A DNA stretch of 64,000 nt. Source: Anthoceros angustus (lineage: Eukaryota; Plantae; Anthocerotophyta). Of this stretch, positions 49,201-63,247 are shown piece after piece; position 1 is the first letter of the stretch; every line of letters begins with the position of its first letter. The stretch is taken from NCBI GenBank assembly GCA_010909165.1, contig VJWM01000265.1:117728-181727 (forward strand), in the 5' to 3' direction. A program made the translations under genes and the position numbers. Below the pieces are notes generated by a model, which worked only from the letters and a program-made list of their open reading frames with translations, made no database searches and was not told the origin of the DNA.

Positions 49201-49626
49201 ATGCTATGTTTCCCATGTTCAAAGCTGTCCTGAAAATTGTATTTGCGTTTGCGTTTGCGTTTGTGAACGCCTTTACGGAGTGATAGATACTCGTAGCCGG
49301 AAGAAAGCCACCACACACGAAAGAGAGAGACCTATCTTGTTCTTGTGGATGTGGTATGCTTTGGCACAAAGTTAAAGTTCATTGCAATAAAAAATATCAT
49401 ATATATATAATATTAAATAAACTCTTTATTTTCTATCTTTTACATAATATCTAATATATAGTATAATAATGAGTATATATATGAATATATATCACTTTAT
49501 AAGTCTATTTTTATCATTTGCCTAAGGCGTTTACAGGCCTTTAACCTTCAACGACAACCTTTGTAGATGTAATCCACATAATCCAGCCCTCAGGGTGGAG
49601 ATGTACCTTGCTCTAGCTCTTTGGTT

Positions 49627-52600
49627 TTCTATTCCCTGTAGAATTAGTTATGACATTGAAATAGTCACTAGTGAGTATCATTCTAGGTAGAATGAGCTTA
49701 TTCTAAATGGCGACAAAAAAAACAAAGCTCATTCTTTCCAAGAATCACTAGCAAAATAAGAATGATGGAAGATATTAATTTCAAGAATGTATATATACAT
49801 ATGTATATGCAATACGCTTTGTAACCTAAATGTTACATATACTCATATCATTTTAAATAAAATTTGCATATACACGCATACACGCTACCTACAAGCAAGC
49901 TTCCACCTTTAACTCAAAGCGCTTACAATTGTTTTTCAATGATAACCTCCGTATCAATTCCACACAATCTAGCTACGGAGATGGAGAGGGTGCAAGACAT
50001 ATTGTTAATCATGGAGTCTTGGCAGCACTTCCCATTGCACTCTACATGATCCGCGGACATACTACAAATGGAGCGACATGATCCGGAGGTGGAGATGGAG
50101 GGTGAACCACACAATGTTCCCTCATGGTCTCCGGTTGGAAATATTCCCGAGTACATAACATAGATGGGGCATCTCCTTCGGCTCACTTGGCATGAATTCA
50201 AATGCAAACTCATGATCCAGTGGGGTGGAGCAAGTGCAGCACATGGTGTCAACCACGGATCTCGGCATGAGTTCCCAATCCAAGTGATCTTGCGGACAAT
50301 CCACGATGGAGCTTCCACTTTCACAAATCTCCCAAGCTATGCGCACCTTGACGCAACATCCGAATCCGTGATGGAGCCTACATCACATTTTACAATCAAG
50401 GTACGCGTGATAGCCCTATAGATTTGAAGTAAAAATAAAAAACAATTAACTCACTATTCTAATCCGCTGCAATCTATCTCTAGATGTCATACCATCAGAT
50501 GCCCACTCGCCACAATTGCCGCAATCCATAGGAAACATAACAAGATACACAAGGATGTCTTCATTGGAATGAAAGAAAGAGCCAAACAACAAGATAAAAA
50601 TATATATATGGAACCTTCCAAGGAAGCTTAGGGAGACCTCATCACCTCACATATATAGGCTCGAGCAACCGATCTCTCGATCACAAGAAATCAAAACAAT
50701 TTATATTGTCGATTATAAAATAAAAATAGATTTCTAATCTAAATTTAAATCCAAGTAAATAAAAATATTCAATATATGTACATAGATAGCTTAAGAGAGG
50801 TGTATGGACATGGGGTCTCTATGCTAAGGTCATATGATGAAAATTGAGAAGAAGCTTTAGGTGTTGCAATTACAAGCGTTGATTTATAACATAAGTACGA
50901 TCAGAGGGTGTTTGGTGTTCGAGTCTTATGACTTATGACCGTATGTATGAAAAAGTCCGTGAGTTGAGGGCACGGACTGCAGGCATGCATCGGATCGAAG
51001 GTCGAAATGCCCGCCGATGGCAAAGGCCGAGCCGTGGCACTGCTTTGTGCTTGCATGCCGTGTGAGATTGAAGTCCGCTATCTACTGGACGGAGGAGGGA
51101 TTTTACCGTGGCACCAAGAGCTGAACTGTGAGCTTCAAGGCGCTTTCGTGGCCTTCTTCCTCCCACTTGCTTTGGCCGAGGCAAGCTTTGCCACTTCCTC
51201 CGCTTCCTCCCGCCTGCAGCACACATTGCACATACAAACCAGCATGGTCATGAGTTATCCAGCAATGGGTTTCCACAGAAGGTCCATTTGCCTTACCTTC
51301 CTCCCTCCTCTTTCTTCCCCTTCTTGCGACATTTTCCTCTTCCGTCCTCCTTCTTCCTCTGTCGCGGCCTCCACTTTACTCTGTGGCGTTGCCTCAACTG
51401 GGCTCCACTATGTGTGTCCATGCTCAGATCCGAGGTCGCAAGGTATGTGTCGCACGAAATTAGGCACATCCCCCTTCACACCGCCTCCTCTGCTGCATCC
51501 ATGTTCTCGCACCCCCACGTCCCCCCCTCGCCTCCATCTGCGGCATTGGCCGATATCAAGCACTGCATGTTGCCCTCTTAGTCCTCCTTCATTCTCTCTC
51601 CTCGACATCCGCCTCATGTTCACGCGCCTTTTGCCCTCGCCCACCATGGCGCCGCTGGGTGATCCACTGCCCTCCGCCACCCGCCTCCTAGTCCCCCGCG
51701 ATTTTTGTCCATAGTGCACACAAGTGTGTTTCTTCCAGTGACGGCCTGCCTCCGTGCTCCACCACCACTCCCCGCCTCCACACACCTTGTTCCCGCCTCC
51801 ATCGCACTCCATCCGATCCCAACGGCCTCCACCTCCCCATACATGGCCCGCGGTGGGCACCCTCCACCTCTTTTCCATTATTTGCTTGCTGCCACCGAGC
51901 CTCGCCCGTCCATTGACCCCAATCCGGTGCATGCCTTCCACCAACCCTAGGCAATCGTGGTGTCGCGGCACCACATCGTCCACACTGCCACTGCTTTCCC
52001 CTCTCCGCCTCCTCCGCATGCTTCCTCAAGACCGCCTCGCCTCCACTTCCCGCTCCTTGTTCATCGTCACCTTTCCCCATTCCAAGTCTGTCCCTCGCCC
52101 TCCGGCCTCCTTCCTCCCAAGCCCCTTCCGCCATCTCGCATTCCTTGATAGCCGTCCCATGTCACCACCTGCACCATCGTTGCCTCCCACCCTTCCTTCC
52201 GTCGTCTCGAAGGCCACCATGATCCATCTTCAATTCAATTCAAATTTGTTGTGGCAAGAGGTGGCGGTGGAGAAGCTTGCTCTGCCCTCGTTGAGGTGGA
52301 TTGGGAGGCGTACGGCCATGCCAAGGATGTGTATACTATTGGGCACCGCCCCACTTTCTCGAACGCCTTGTTGCCGCTAGGAAGGCCCTCGCGCGATCTC
52401 CTCATGACAAGAAAACCTCGCAGGCCTCGATCCTAATTTCGCCGATGAACATTGTATCGCCGCCCTTCCTTCCTCGTTGATAAGCTATAGCAACGTTTGG
52501 ACAGCTCTTCGCAGAGGTGCGGATGATGGATGGACCCATTCATGGCTCCTTCTAAGATGTCGGGTCCAGATTCACGCCAAGAACGCGCCTCCTTAGTTAG

Positions 52601-55600
52601 CTCGTTGGTATAGTTTTTCTACTGTTAATTCCACCGCTTTGACTAAAGGGCGTATGCATACTGAACTCACAATACAACTGATTTATTTTTCTCAAAAACA
52701 TGCTAAGATCACTTAGAGAGGCTATTAAATTTATTGTTCTCTAGTCGCAGTTCTATTCCCTAGAATTAGTTATGACATTGAAATAGTCACTAGTGAGTAT
52801 CATTCTAGGTAGAATGAGCTTATTCTAAATGGCATACAAAAACAAAGCTCATTCTTTCCAAGAATCACTAGCAAAATAAGAATGATGGAAGATATTAATT
52901 TCAAGAATGTATATATACATATGTATATGCACGCTTGTAACCTAAATGTTACATATACTCATATCATTTTAAATAAAATTTGCATATACACGCATACACG
53001 CTACCTACAAGCAAGCTTCACCTCCATACCCCCATCCGCGAACTGTCCACCACCTTCGTGCTTTGTCAAGGCAATGGCTTCCTCTCGTGAAAGGTGCGTG
53101 CCATGAGTCCCAGCCGAATTCAAGGCTGCTATTTTGAAAAGCTTTGTTTGCAAAGGCCCTGGTTGTCATTTACTCCTCTTGGCGGAAGCGACTGCAGTAC
53201 ATGCTACTTGCCCATAATCAATTTTCCGACCACAACCTCGGACTTGGAGCAAGTTTCATGTCCCATTGTCCGTTACTCATGATCCAAATAGTGGAGCAAG
53301 TGCAAGACATGGTGTCAACCACGGATCTCCTGCATGAGTTCCCAATCCAAGTGATCTTGCAGACAATCCACGATGGAGCTTCCACTTTCACGCTGACTCG
53401 TAGCGTGCAGGTGACTTGTCATGTCAACGGTATGGACGGGCACCAAACCATACCCATCCATTCCGCCAAGCAAGAGGTCATCGAGTTTTATTGCATGGGA
53501 AGTACAAGTAGTGATCAAGGATGAAGGACTTCCCATCCCAATGTTTAATTACTAAGCATATGTCCCCACATTGTGAGGTATAAACCGTCCCCGCTACACG
53601 ACATGCCCGAGACGGCAGAGCCAAGGGACGATGGCCCTCCATACCAGTCCTTGATGGCCGAGCGAGGAGAGCAACCTCCCATCCATCATCCTCGATGGCC
53701 ATCGCCATTGACATGTGGAATTGCAGCCCTTGTCCCATCGTCGGTTTCCACCACTGTGCAACAATAATGTGCACACTTCGCAATGATCCACAAAGCACAT
53801 GTGTCAGCAAGGGGCGGTTTTGACTTATGCGGATTCCACAAACACTTTAGCGCATGGACTTGTAGGTAGGCGAATAGGGCCAAAAAGTGTTCACATCCGG
53901 CCCTCCAACCCCCAGCCATACCGTGTGTGGTCACGAACACCATGCCCGCACCATGTGGAAGGAACCACCGCCACCGAACGCAAGTCCCCACGAGGGATAG
54001 CCACGAGAGCCTGCTCGCCATGAGGGGCGGTGACACCGCCTCCAACCTTTGCAAAGGATCCTTGATGGCCATCAAGATTTCTAGTTGTGCACCGAAGATG
54101 GAGACATGAACACACGCCTCGTGGTGCGAACTACCACTCCACGCCCATTTAGGTTTCCGACTAAGCTAGCTCCATACGCCAACATGTCCGTCATACATGG
54201 AGGGGAGGAGACAATAGACTATAGACCGCAAAACCAATCACCATACATGATTTATTTTTCTCGCAAAACATGCTAAGATCACTTAGAGAGGCTTGCTATT
54301 AAATTTATTGTTCTCTAGTCGAGTTCTATTCCGAGAATTAGTTATGACATTGAAATAGTCACTAGTGAGTATCATTCTAGGTAGAATGAGCTTATTCTAA
54401 ATGGCGACATAAAAACAAAGCTCATTCTTTCCAAGAATCACTAGCAAAAATAAGAATGATGGAAGATATTAATTTCAAGAATGTATATATACATATGTAT
54501 ATGCAATACGCTTTGTAACCTAAATGTTACATATACTCATATCATTTTAAATAAAATTTTCATATACACGCACACGCTACCTACAAGCAAGCTTCCACCT
54601 TTAACTCAAAGCGCTTACAATTGTTTTTCAATGATAACCTCCGTATATCAATTCCACACAATCTAGCTACGGAGATGGAGAGGGTGCACATATTGTTAAC
54701 CATGGAGTCTTGCACTTCCCATTGCACTCTACATGATCCTACGGACATACTACAAATGGAGCGACATGATCCGAGGTGGAGATGGAGCAGTGAACCACAC
54801 AATGTTCCCATGGTCTCCGTTGGAAATATTCACGAGTACATAACATAGATGGGGCATCTCCTTCGGCTCACTTGGCATGAATTCAAATGCAAACTCATGA
54901 TCCAGCGTGGGTGGAGCAAGACATGGTGTCAACCACGGATCTCCGGGCATGAGTTCCCAATCCAAGTGATCTTGCACAATCCATGATGGAGCTTCCACTT
55001 TCACGCTGACTCGTAGCGTGCAGGTGACTTGTCATGTCAACGGTATGGACGGGCACCAAACCATACCCATCCATTCCGCCAAGCAAGAGGTCATCGAGTT
55101 TTATTGCATGGGAAGTACAAGTAGTGATCAAGGATGAAGGACTTTCCCATCCCAATGTTTAATTACTAAGCATATGTCCCCACATTGTGAGGTATAAACC
55201 GTCCCCGCTACACGACATGCCCGAGACGGCAGAGCCAAGGGACGATGGCCCTCCATACCAGTCCTTGATGGCCGAGCGAGGAGAGCAACCTCCCATCCAT
55301 CATCCTCGATGGCCATCGCCATTGACATGTGGAATTGCAGCCCTTGTCCCATCGTCGGTTTCCACCACTGTGCAACAATAATGTGCACACTTCGCAATGA
55401 TCCACAAAGCACATGTGTCAGCAAGGGGCGGTTTTGACTTATGCGGATTCCACAAACACTTTAGCGCATGGACTTGTAGGTAGGCGAATAGGGCCAAAAA
55501 GTGTTCACATCCGGCCCTCCAACCCCCAGCCATACCGTGTGTGGTCACGAACACCATGCCCGCACCATGTGGAAGGAACCACCGCCACCGAACGCAAGTC

Positions 55601-58600
55601 CCCACGAGGGATAGCCACGAGAGCCTGCTCGCCATGAGGGGCGGTGACACCGCCTCCAACCTTTGCAAAGGATCCTTGATGGCCATCAAGATTTCTAGTT
55701 GTGCACCGAAGATGGAGACATGAACACACGCCTCGTGGTGCGAACTACCACTCCACGCCCATTTAGGTTTCCGACTAAGCTAGCTCCATACGCCAACATG
55801 TCCGTCATACATGGCATAAGGTACGACAAGTGACCGTGTTTGGTGTTCGAGTCTTATGACTTATGACCGTATGTATGAAAAGTCGCCGAGTTGAGGGCAC
55901 GGACCGTGGTAAGCATGCACGGATCGGAAGGTCGAAATGCCCGCCGATGGCAAAGGCTGAGTCGTGGCAATCGCTTTGTGCTGCGTGTGAGATTGAAGTC
56001 CCCTGCTATCTACTGGAGGAGGAGGGATTTTACCTGGGCGTACTCAAGAGCCGAACTCGTGAGCTTCCAAGGCGCTTTCTCGCCTTCTTCCTCCTCATGG
56101 ATGTTTGCATGCTCGTTGAAGAAATGGATCATGCATCTTCGCTGTTGGGATTGATCCCCGCTTTGCGCCTCCTTTTGTGAGACCCGCAGGTGGAACAAAA
56201 TTTCTTTCAATTCAATTCAAATTCTGTGGCGAGAGGTGGCGGTGGAGAAGCTTCGTGCTCTTGCCTCGCTTGAGGTGGATTGGGAGCGTTGGCCATGCCA
56301 AGGATGTGTATACTATTGGGCACGCCCACCCTCTCGTAACGCCTCCTTGTTGTAGGAAGGCTCGGCGATCTCCGCGACAAGAAAACCTCGCAGGCCTCCG
56401 ATCCTAATTTCGCCGATGAACATTGTGTACGCCTGACCGTCCTTCCTCGTTGATAAGCTATAGCAACGCTTGACGAGCTCTTCTCGCAGAGTGCGGATGA
56501 TGGGATGGACCCATTCATGGCTCCTTCTAAGATGTCGGGTCCAGATTCACGCCAAGAACGCCTCCTTAGTTAGCTCGTTGGTATAGTTTTTCTAATTAAT
56601 TCCACCGCCTTTGACTAAAGGGCGATGCATACCGAACTCACAATATGATTTATTTTTCTCAAAAACATGCTAAGATCACTTAGAGAGGCTTGCTATTAAA
56701 TTTATTGTTCTCTAGCCGCAGAGTTCTATTCCTCAGAATTAGTTATGACATTGAAATAGTCACTAGTGAGTATCATTCTAGGTAGAATGAGCTTATTCTA
56801 AATGGCGAAAAAACAAAGCTCATTCTTTCCAAGAATCACTAGCAAAAATAAGAATGATGGAAGATATTAATTTCAAGAATGTATATATACATATGTATAT
56901 GCAATACGCTTGTAACCTAAATGTTACATATACTCATATCATTTTAAATAAAATTTTCATATACACGCATACACGCTACCTACAAGCAAGCTTCCACCTT
57001 TAACTCAAAGCGCTACATTGTTTTTCAATGATAACCTCCGTATATCAATTCCACACAATCTAGCTACGGAGATGGAGAGGGTGCAGACATATTGTTAATC
57101 ATGGAGTCTTGGCAAAGACTTCCCATTGCACTCTACATGATCCGCCGGACATACTACAAATGGAGCGACATGATCCGGAGGTGGAGATGGAGCAGTGAAC
57201 CACACAATGTTCCCTGCTGGTCTCCGGTTGGAAATATTCCCGAGTACATAACATAGATGGGGCATCTCCTTCGGCTCACTTGGCATGAATTCAAATGCAA
57301 ACTCATGATCCAGTTGGGGTGGAGCAAGTGCAGCACATGGTGTCAACCACGGATCTCCGGGCATGAGTTCCCAATCCAAGTGATCTGGCACAATCCATGA
57401 TGGAGCTTCCACTTTCACAAATCTCCCAAGCTATGCGCACCTTGACGCCGCAACATCCGAATCCGTGATGGAGCCTACATCACATTTTACAATCAAGGTA
57501 CGTGATAGCCGGCCCATAGATTTGAAGTAAAAATAAAAAAAACAATTAACTCACTATTCTAATCCGTAATCTATCTCTAGATGTCATACCATCGATGCCC
57601 ACTCGCCACAATTGCCGCAATCCATAGGAAACATAACAAGATACACAAGGATGTCTTCATTGGAATGAAAGAAAGAGCCAAACAACAAGATAAAATATAT
57701 ATATGGAACCTTCCAAGGAAGCTTAGGGAGACCTCATCAGCCTCACATATATATAGGCTCGAGCAACCGATCTCTCGATCACAAGAAATCAAAACAATTT
57801 ATATTGTCGATTATAAAATAAAAATAGATTTCTAATCTAAATTTAAATCCAAGTAAATAAAATATTCAATATATGTACATAGATAGCTTAAGAGAGGTGT
57901 AGCGGACATGGGGTCTCTATGCTAAGGTCATATGATGAAAATTGAGAAGAAGCTTTAGGTGTTGCAATTACAAGCGCTGACGATAACATAAGGTACGATC
58001 AAGTACCGTGGACCGTGTTTGGTGTTCGAGTCTTATGACTTATGACCGTATGTATGAAAAGTCGCCGTAGTTGAGGGCACGGACCGTGGTAAGCATGCAC
58101 CGGACCGGAAGGTCGAAATGCCCGCCGATGGCAAAGGCTGAGTCGTGGCAATCGCTTTGTGCTGCGTGTGAGATTGAAGTCCCCTGCTATCTACTGGAGG
58201 AGGAGGGATTTTACCTGGGCGTACTCAAGAGCCGAACTCGTGAGCTTCCAAGGCGCTTTCTCGCCTTCTTCCTCCTCATGGATGTTTGCATGCTCGTTGA
58301 AGAAATGGATCATGCATCTTCGCTGTTGGGATTGATCCCCGCTTTGCGCCTCCTTTTGTGAGACCCGCAGGTGGAACAAAATTTCTTTCAATTCAATTCA
58401 AATTCTGTGGCGAGAGGTGGCGGTGGAGAAGCTTCGTGCTCTTGCCTCGCTTGAGGTGGATTGGGAGCGTTGGCCATGCCAAGGATGTGTATACTATTGG
58501 GCACGCCCACCCTCTCGTAACGCCTCCTTGTTGTAGGAAGGCTCGGCGATCTCCGCGACAAGAAAACCTCGCAGGCCTCCGATCCTAATTTCGCCGATGA

Positions 58601-61600
58601 ACATTGTGTACGCCTGACCGTCCTTCCTCGTTGATAAGCTATAGCAACGCTTGACGAGCTCTTCTCGCAGAGTGCGGATGATGGGATGGACCCATTCATG
58701 GCTCCTAAGATGTCGGGTCCGATTCACGCCAAGAACGCGCTCTCCTTAGTTAGCTCGGTTGGTATAGTTTTTCTACCGTTAATTCCACCCCGCCTTTGAC
58801 TAAAGGGCGCATACTCGAACTCACAATATAATATGATTTATTTTTCTCGCAAAACATGCTAAGATCACTTAGAGAGGCTTGCTATTAAATTTATTGTTCT
58901 CTAGTCGAGTTCTATTCCGAGAATTAGTTATGACATTGAAATAGTCACTAGTGAGTATCATTCTAGGTAGAATGAGCTTATTCTAAATGGCGAAAAAACA
59001 AAGCTCATTCTTTCCAAGAATCACTAGCAAAAATAAGAATGATGGAAGATATTAATTTCAAGAATGTATATATACATATGTATATGCAATACGCTTGTAA
59101 CCTAAATGTTACATATACTCATATCATTTTAAATAAAATTTTCATATACACGCATACACGCTACCTACAAGCAAGCTTCCACCTTTAACTCAAAGCGCTA
59201 CATTGTTTTTCAATGATAACCTCCGTATATCAATTCCACACAATCTAGCTACGGAGATGGAGAGGGTGCAGACATATTGTTAATCATGGAGTCTTGGCAA
59301 AGACTTCCCATTGCACTCTACATGATCCGCCGGACATACTACAAATGGAGCGACATGATCCGGAGGTGGAGATGGAGCAGTGAACCACACAATGTTCCCT
59401 GCTGGTCTCCGGTTGGAAATATTCCCGAGTACATAACATAGATGGGGCATCTCCTTCGGCTCACTTGGCATGAATTCAAATGCAAACTCATGATCCAGTT
59501 GGGGTGGAGCAAGTGCAGCACATGGTGTCAACCACGGATCTCCGGGCATGAGTTCCCAATCCAAGTGATCTGGCACAATCCATGATGGAGCTTCCACTTT
59601 CACAAATCTCCCAAGCTATGCGCACCTTGACGCCGCAACATCCGAATCCGTGATGGAGCCTACATCACATTTTACAATCAAGGTACGTGATAGCCGGCCC
59701 ATAGATTTGAAGTAAAAATAAAAAAAACAATTAACTCACTATTCTAATGGCTTGCACCCACCTTCCTTGGACCATGGTGGAGGGAGAATTTTATTTGAGA
59801 GAAAGGGAACCATTGTCCTTGGTTCATGGCGTTGTAAGATGGCCATGACCTTGTCATGGCATGGCACTTCCTTGGTCATCGGCCACTCGAAATCGCATTG
59901 CAAACACTTGTCCTTGGGTCACGAAATGGTCATAAAAAGCGGGGACTATATATGGCATGCATGGAGGAATGGCATACGTGGACAAGGAAGGTTTCGTTTT
60001 GTGCACTTCGTGCACAAACATGAAGTAGCTGGGGAAGGTGACGCCATAGTGACGCCGAGCCGTCACCCTAGCATGGTGCCGATGGCGTGAATACATTATA
60101 CGTCGCCATGTGACGCATGATTGGTGGAGAGCGAATGGGAGTCTCGAACGATGGACATCATTATCTAGGAGAACGGAATTGGCATATATGGCAAATTCAC
60201 ATACGGTCCTTCATTCATGGCATAATGAAAGGGGCATTTAGTTTGCTTGAATGGCTCTCACGTGCCACCCACCGTCCTTGCACAATGGTGTAGATGTTGA
60301 TATAGATTATTAAAGCGTTGGAGCAGGTGCCGTTCAAACCTTCGATGGCGTGGCATGTTTTCTTCCATGCCATGAGTTTTCAATTATTCTAATCCGTAAT
60401 CTATCTCTAGATGTCATACCATCGATGCCCACTCGCCACAATTGCCGCAATCCATAGGAAACATAACAAGATACACAAGGATGTCTTCATTGGAATGAAA
60501 GAAAGAGCCAAACAACAAGATAAAATATATATATGGAACCTTCCAAGGAAGCTTAGGGAGACCTCATCAGCCTCACATATATATAGGCTCGAGCAACCGA
60601 TCTCTCGATCACAAGAAATCAAAACAATTTATATTGTCGATTATAAAATAAAAATAGATTTCTAATCTAAATTTAAATCCAAGTAAATAAAATATTCAAT
60701 ATATGTACATAGATAGCTTAAGAGAGGTGTCGGGTGGAGGGGAGCAACTTCCAACGCAGTGGAGTCTCACGCCAAAGAGGAGGACGATTGAGAGAAAGCG
60801 GCCGCAAGGGAGTGGGTGTCTCTAATAGGTGGGAGCTAACTGGAGCGCTGTGGAGAGAATCCAAAACTTTCGAGGAGGAATTGCCAGGCCGTGACATCGG
60901 AGGGGAGGAGGAATTTGGCGTGAGTCAGGAGAAAGAGGACTGGTGATCGGGAGGAGCATGGTGCCCAAGAGGCCGACCGTGGTGGCGAGAGAGAGGCCAT
61001 TGGTCTTGTGGACCTTCTGCGTGGCGATGGATAACCCCAACAACGTGGGAGGAGGATGCTGGAGGGGAGGAAACCGCCTGGGAGTGAGACGGTCTCTGGA
61101 GGAGGCGGCGGAGGCGGGCCAAGGAACGCGTGCATATGATGGTCAGGAGGACGGTGAGGAGAAGGACACCAGCGGCAATGATGGGGAAAGCGCGAGCAAG
61201 GAGGCAGATGTGGAGATGGCGGATGATGAGGTGGAGACGGACATACCGACTACATTGCCACTACCTGAAATTGGAGAATTGATGGAGCGTTGGTAAGCAC
61301 TGACCACGCTATTGCCGTGTTGTGCAGCCGCATGGGCGTGGTGGAGTGTACATGGGAGCCTTATGCGATGGAGGTGGAGAATGAGGAGTTGATGGTTGGT
61401 GCGACGTGGTGATATGTAGGACGTGAGCTCTAAGTGATGTGTGTGCATGACCGCAGGAAGAAGGGAAGGGAAAGCTGGTGGAAGGTGAAGGCCATGTCGA
61501 AGGAAGGGATACTAGTGGAGAGAAGGAAGATGGAGGAAAGGTGGCAACAAGGCCACCGCCAAGTGATGCCGGAGGCAAGATGGTGGGGAACCGGATGTGG

Positions 61601-63247
61601 GAGCGGAGCACCGGAGAGATGGTGGGGAACTGGATGGATGAGAGAATGCGGAGCGCATGCACGTAACTGGAAAACAACCGGGTGGTGGGCCGTTTGTGGA
61701 GGGGAATGTGAATGTTGAGCCATTTTCTTGCAGAGGAGTCGCCAAGATGGGTGGACCGGTGATGGTCAATCAAAACAACAGATGGAATTGGTATTCCCAC
61801 CTTTAACTCAAAGCGCTTACAATTGTTTTTTCAATGATAACCTCCGATATCAATGCCACACAATCTAGCTACGGAGATGGAGAGGGTGCAAGACATATTG
61901 TTAATCATGGAGTCTTGGCAAGACTTCCCATTGCACTCTACATGATCCGCCGGACATACTACAAATGGAGCGACATGATCCGGAGGTGGAGATGGAGTGA
62001 ACCACACAATGTTCATGGGGTCTCCGGTTGGAAATATTCCCGAGTACATAACATAGATGGGGCATCTCCTTTCGGCTCACTTGGCATGAATTCAAATGCA
62101 AACTCATGATCCGTTGGGGTGGAGCAAGTGCGACATGGTGTCAACCACGGATCTCCGCATGAGTTCCCAATCCAAGTGATCTTGCATAATCCACGATGGA
62201 GCTTCCACTTTCACAAATCTCCCAAGCTATGCACCTTGACGCCGCAACATCCGAATCCGTGATGGAGCCTACATCACATTTTACAATCAAGGCACGTGAT
62301 AGCCGCCTATAGATTTGAAGTAAAAATAAAAAAAACAATTAACTCACTATTCTAATCCGCAATCTATCTCTAGATGTCATACCATCGGGATGCCCACTCG
62401 CCACAATTGCCGCAATCCATAGGAAACATAACAAGATACACAAGGATGTCTTCATTGGAATGAAAGAAAGAGCCAAACAACAAGATAAAAATATATATAT
62501 GTACATATATACGCACACACTTTATGCCCTCTTGCCTCGTTGAGGTGGATTGGGAGCCCGCTGCCAAGGGGATACTTGGGCACCGCCCAATTCTCTCTAA
62601 CGCCTCCTTGTTGCCGCTAGGAAGGCCCCGCCATCTCCGCGACAAGAAAACCTCGCAGGCCTCCGATAATTTCTCAAGCCGATGAACATTGTGTACGCAC
62701 GCCCTTCCTCGTTGATAAGCTATAGCAACGCTGACGAGCTCTTCTGAGTGCGGATGATGGATGGACCCATTCATGGCTCCTTCTAAGATGTCGGGTCCAG
62801 ATTCACGCCAAGAACGCGCCTCCTTAGTTAGCTCGTTGGTATAGTTTTTCTACTGTTAATTCCACCGCTTTGACTAAAGGGCGTATGCATACTGAACTCA
62901 CAATACAACTGATTTATTTTTCTCAAAAACATGCTAAGATCACTTAGAGAGGCTATTAAATTTATTGTTCTCTAGTCGCAGTTCTATTCCCTAGAATTAG
63001 TTATGACATTGAAATAGTCACTAGTGAGTATCATTCTAGGTAGAATGAGCTTATTCTAAATGGCATACAAAAACAAAGCTCATTCTTTCCAAGAATCACT
63101 AGCAAAAATAAGAATGATGGAAGATATTAATTTCAATGTATATATACATATGTATATGTAACACGCTTGTAACCTAAATGTTACATATACTCATATCATT
63201 TTAAATAAAATTTTCATATACACGCATACACGCTACCTACAAGCAAG
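49627..63247. repeat. Large modular macro-repeat: ~2.18-kb core unit (modules A-E), an 810-bp duplicated module F, and unique insertions
   Basis: Identical ORFs recur at offsets 2181-2185 (56010/58191; 57095/59280), 1614 (53573/55187) and 2830 (57577/60407). Module A (GAATTAGTTATGACATTGAAATAGTCACTAGTGAG...) occurs six times. Confidence 0.92.

Noticed and set aside
49627-63247. Macro-repeat as rDNA, 5S array or telomere
   Set aside because: I found no recognisable 18S, 5.8S, 25S or 5S sequence and no TTTAGGG tracts. The tRNA-A-box-like TAGCTCGTTGGTATAG in module E is followed immediately by a T-run and has no B-box.
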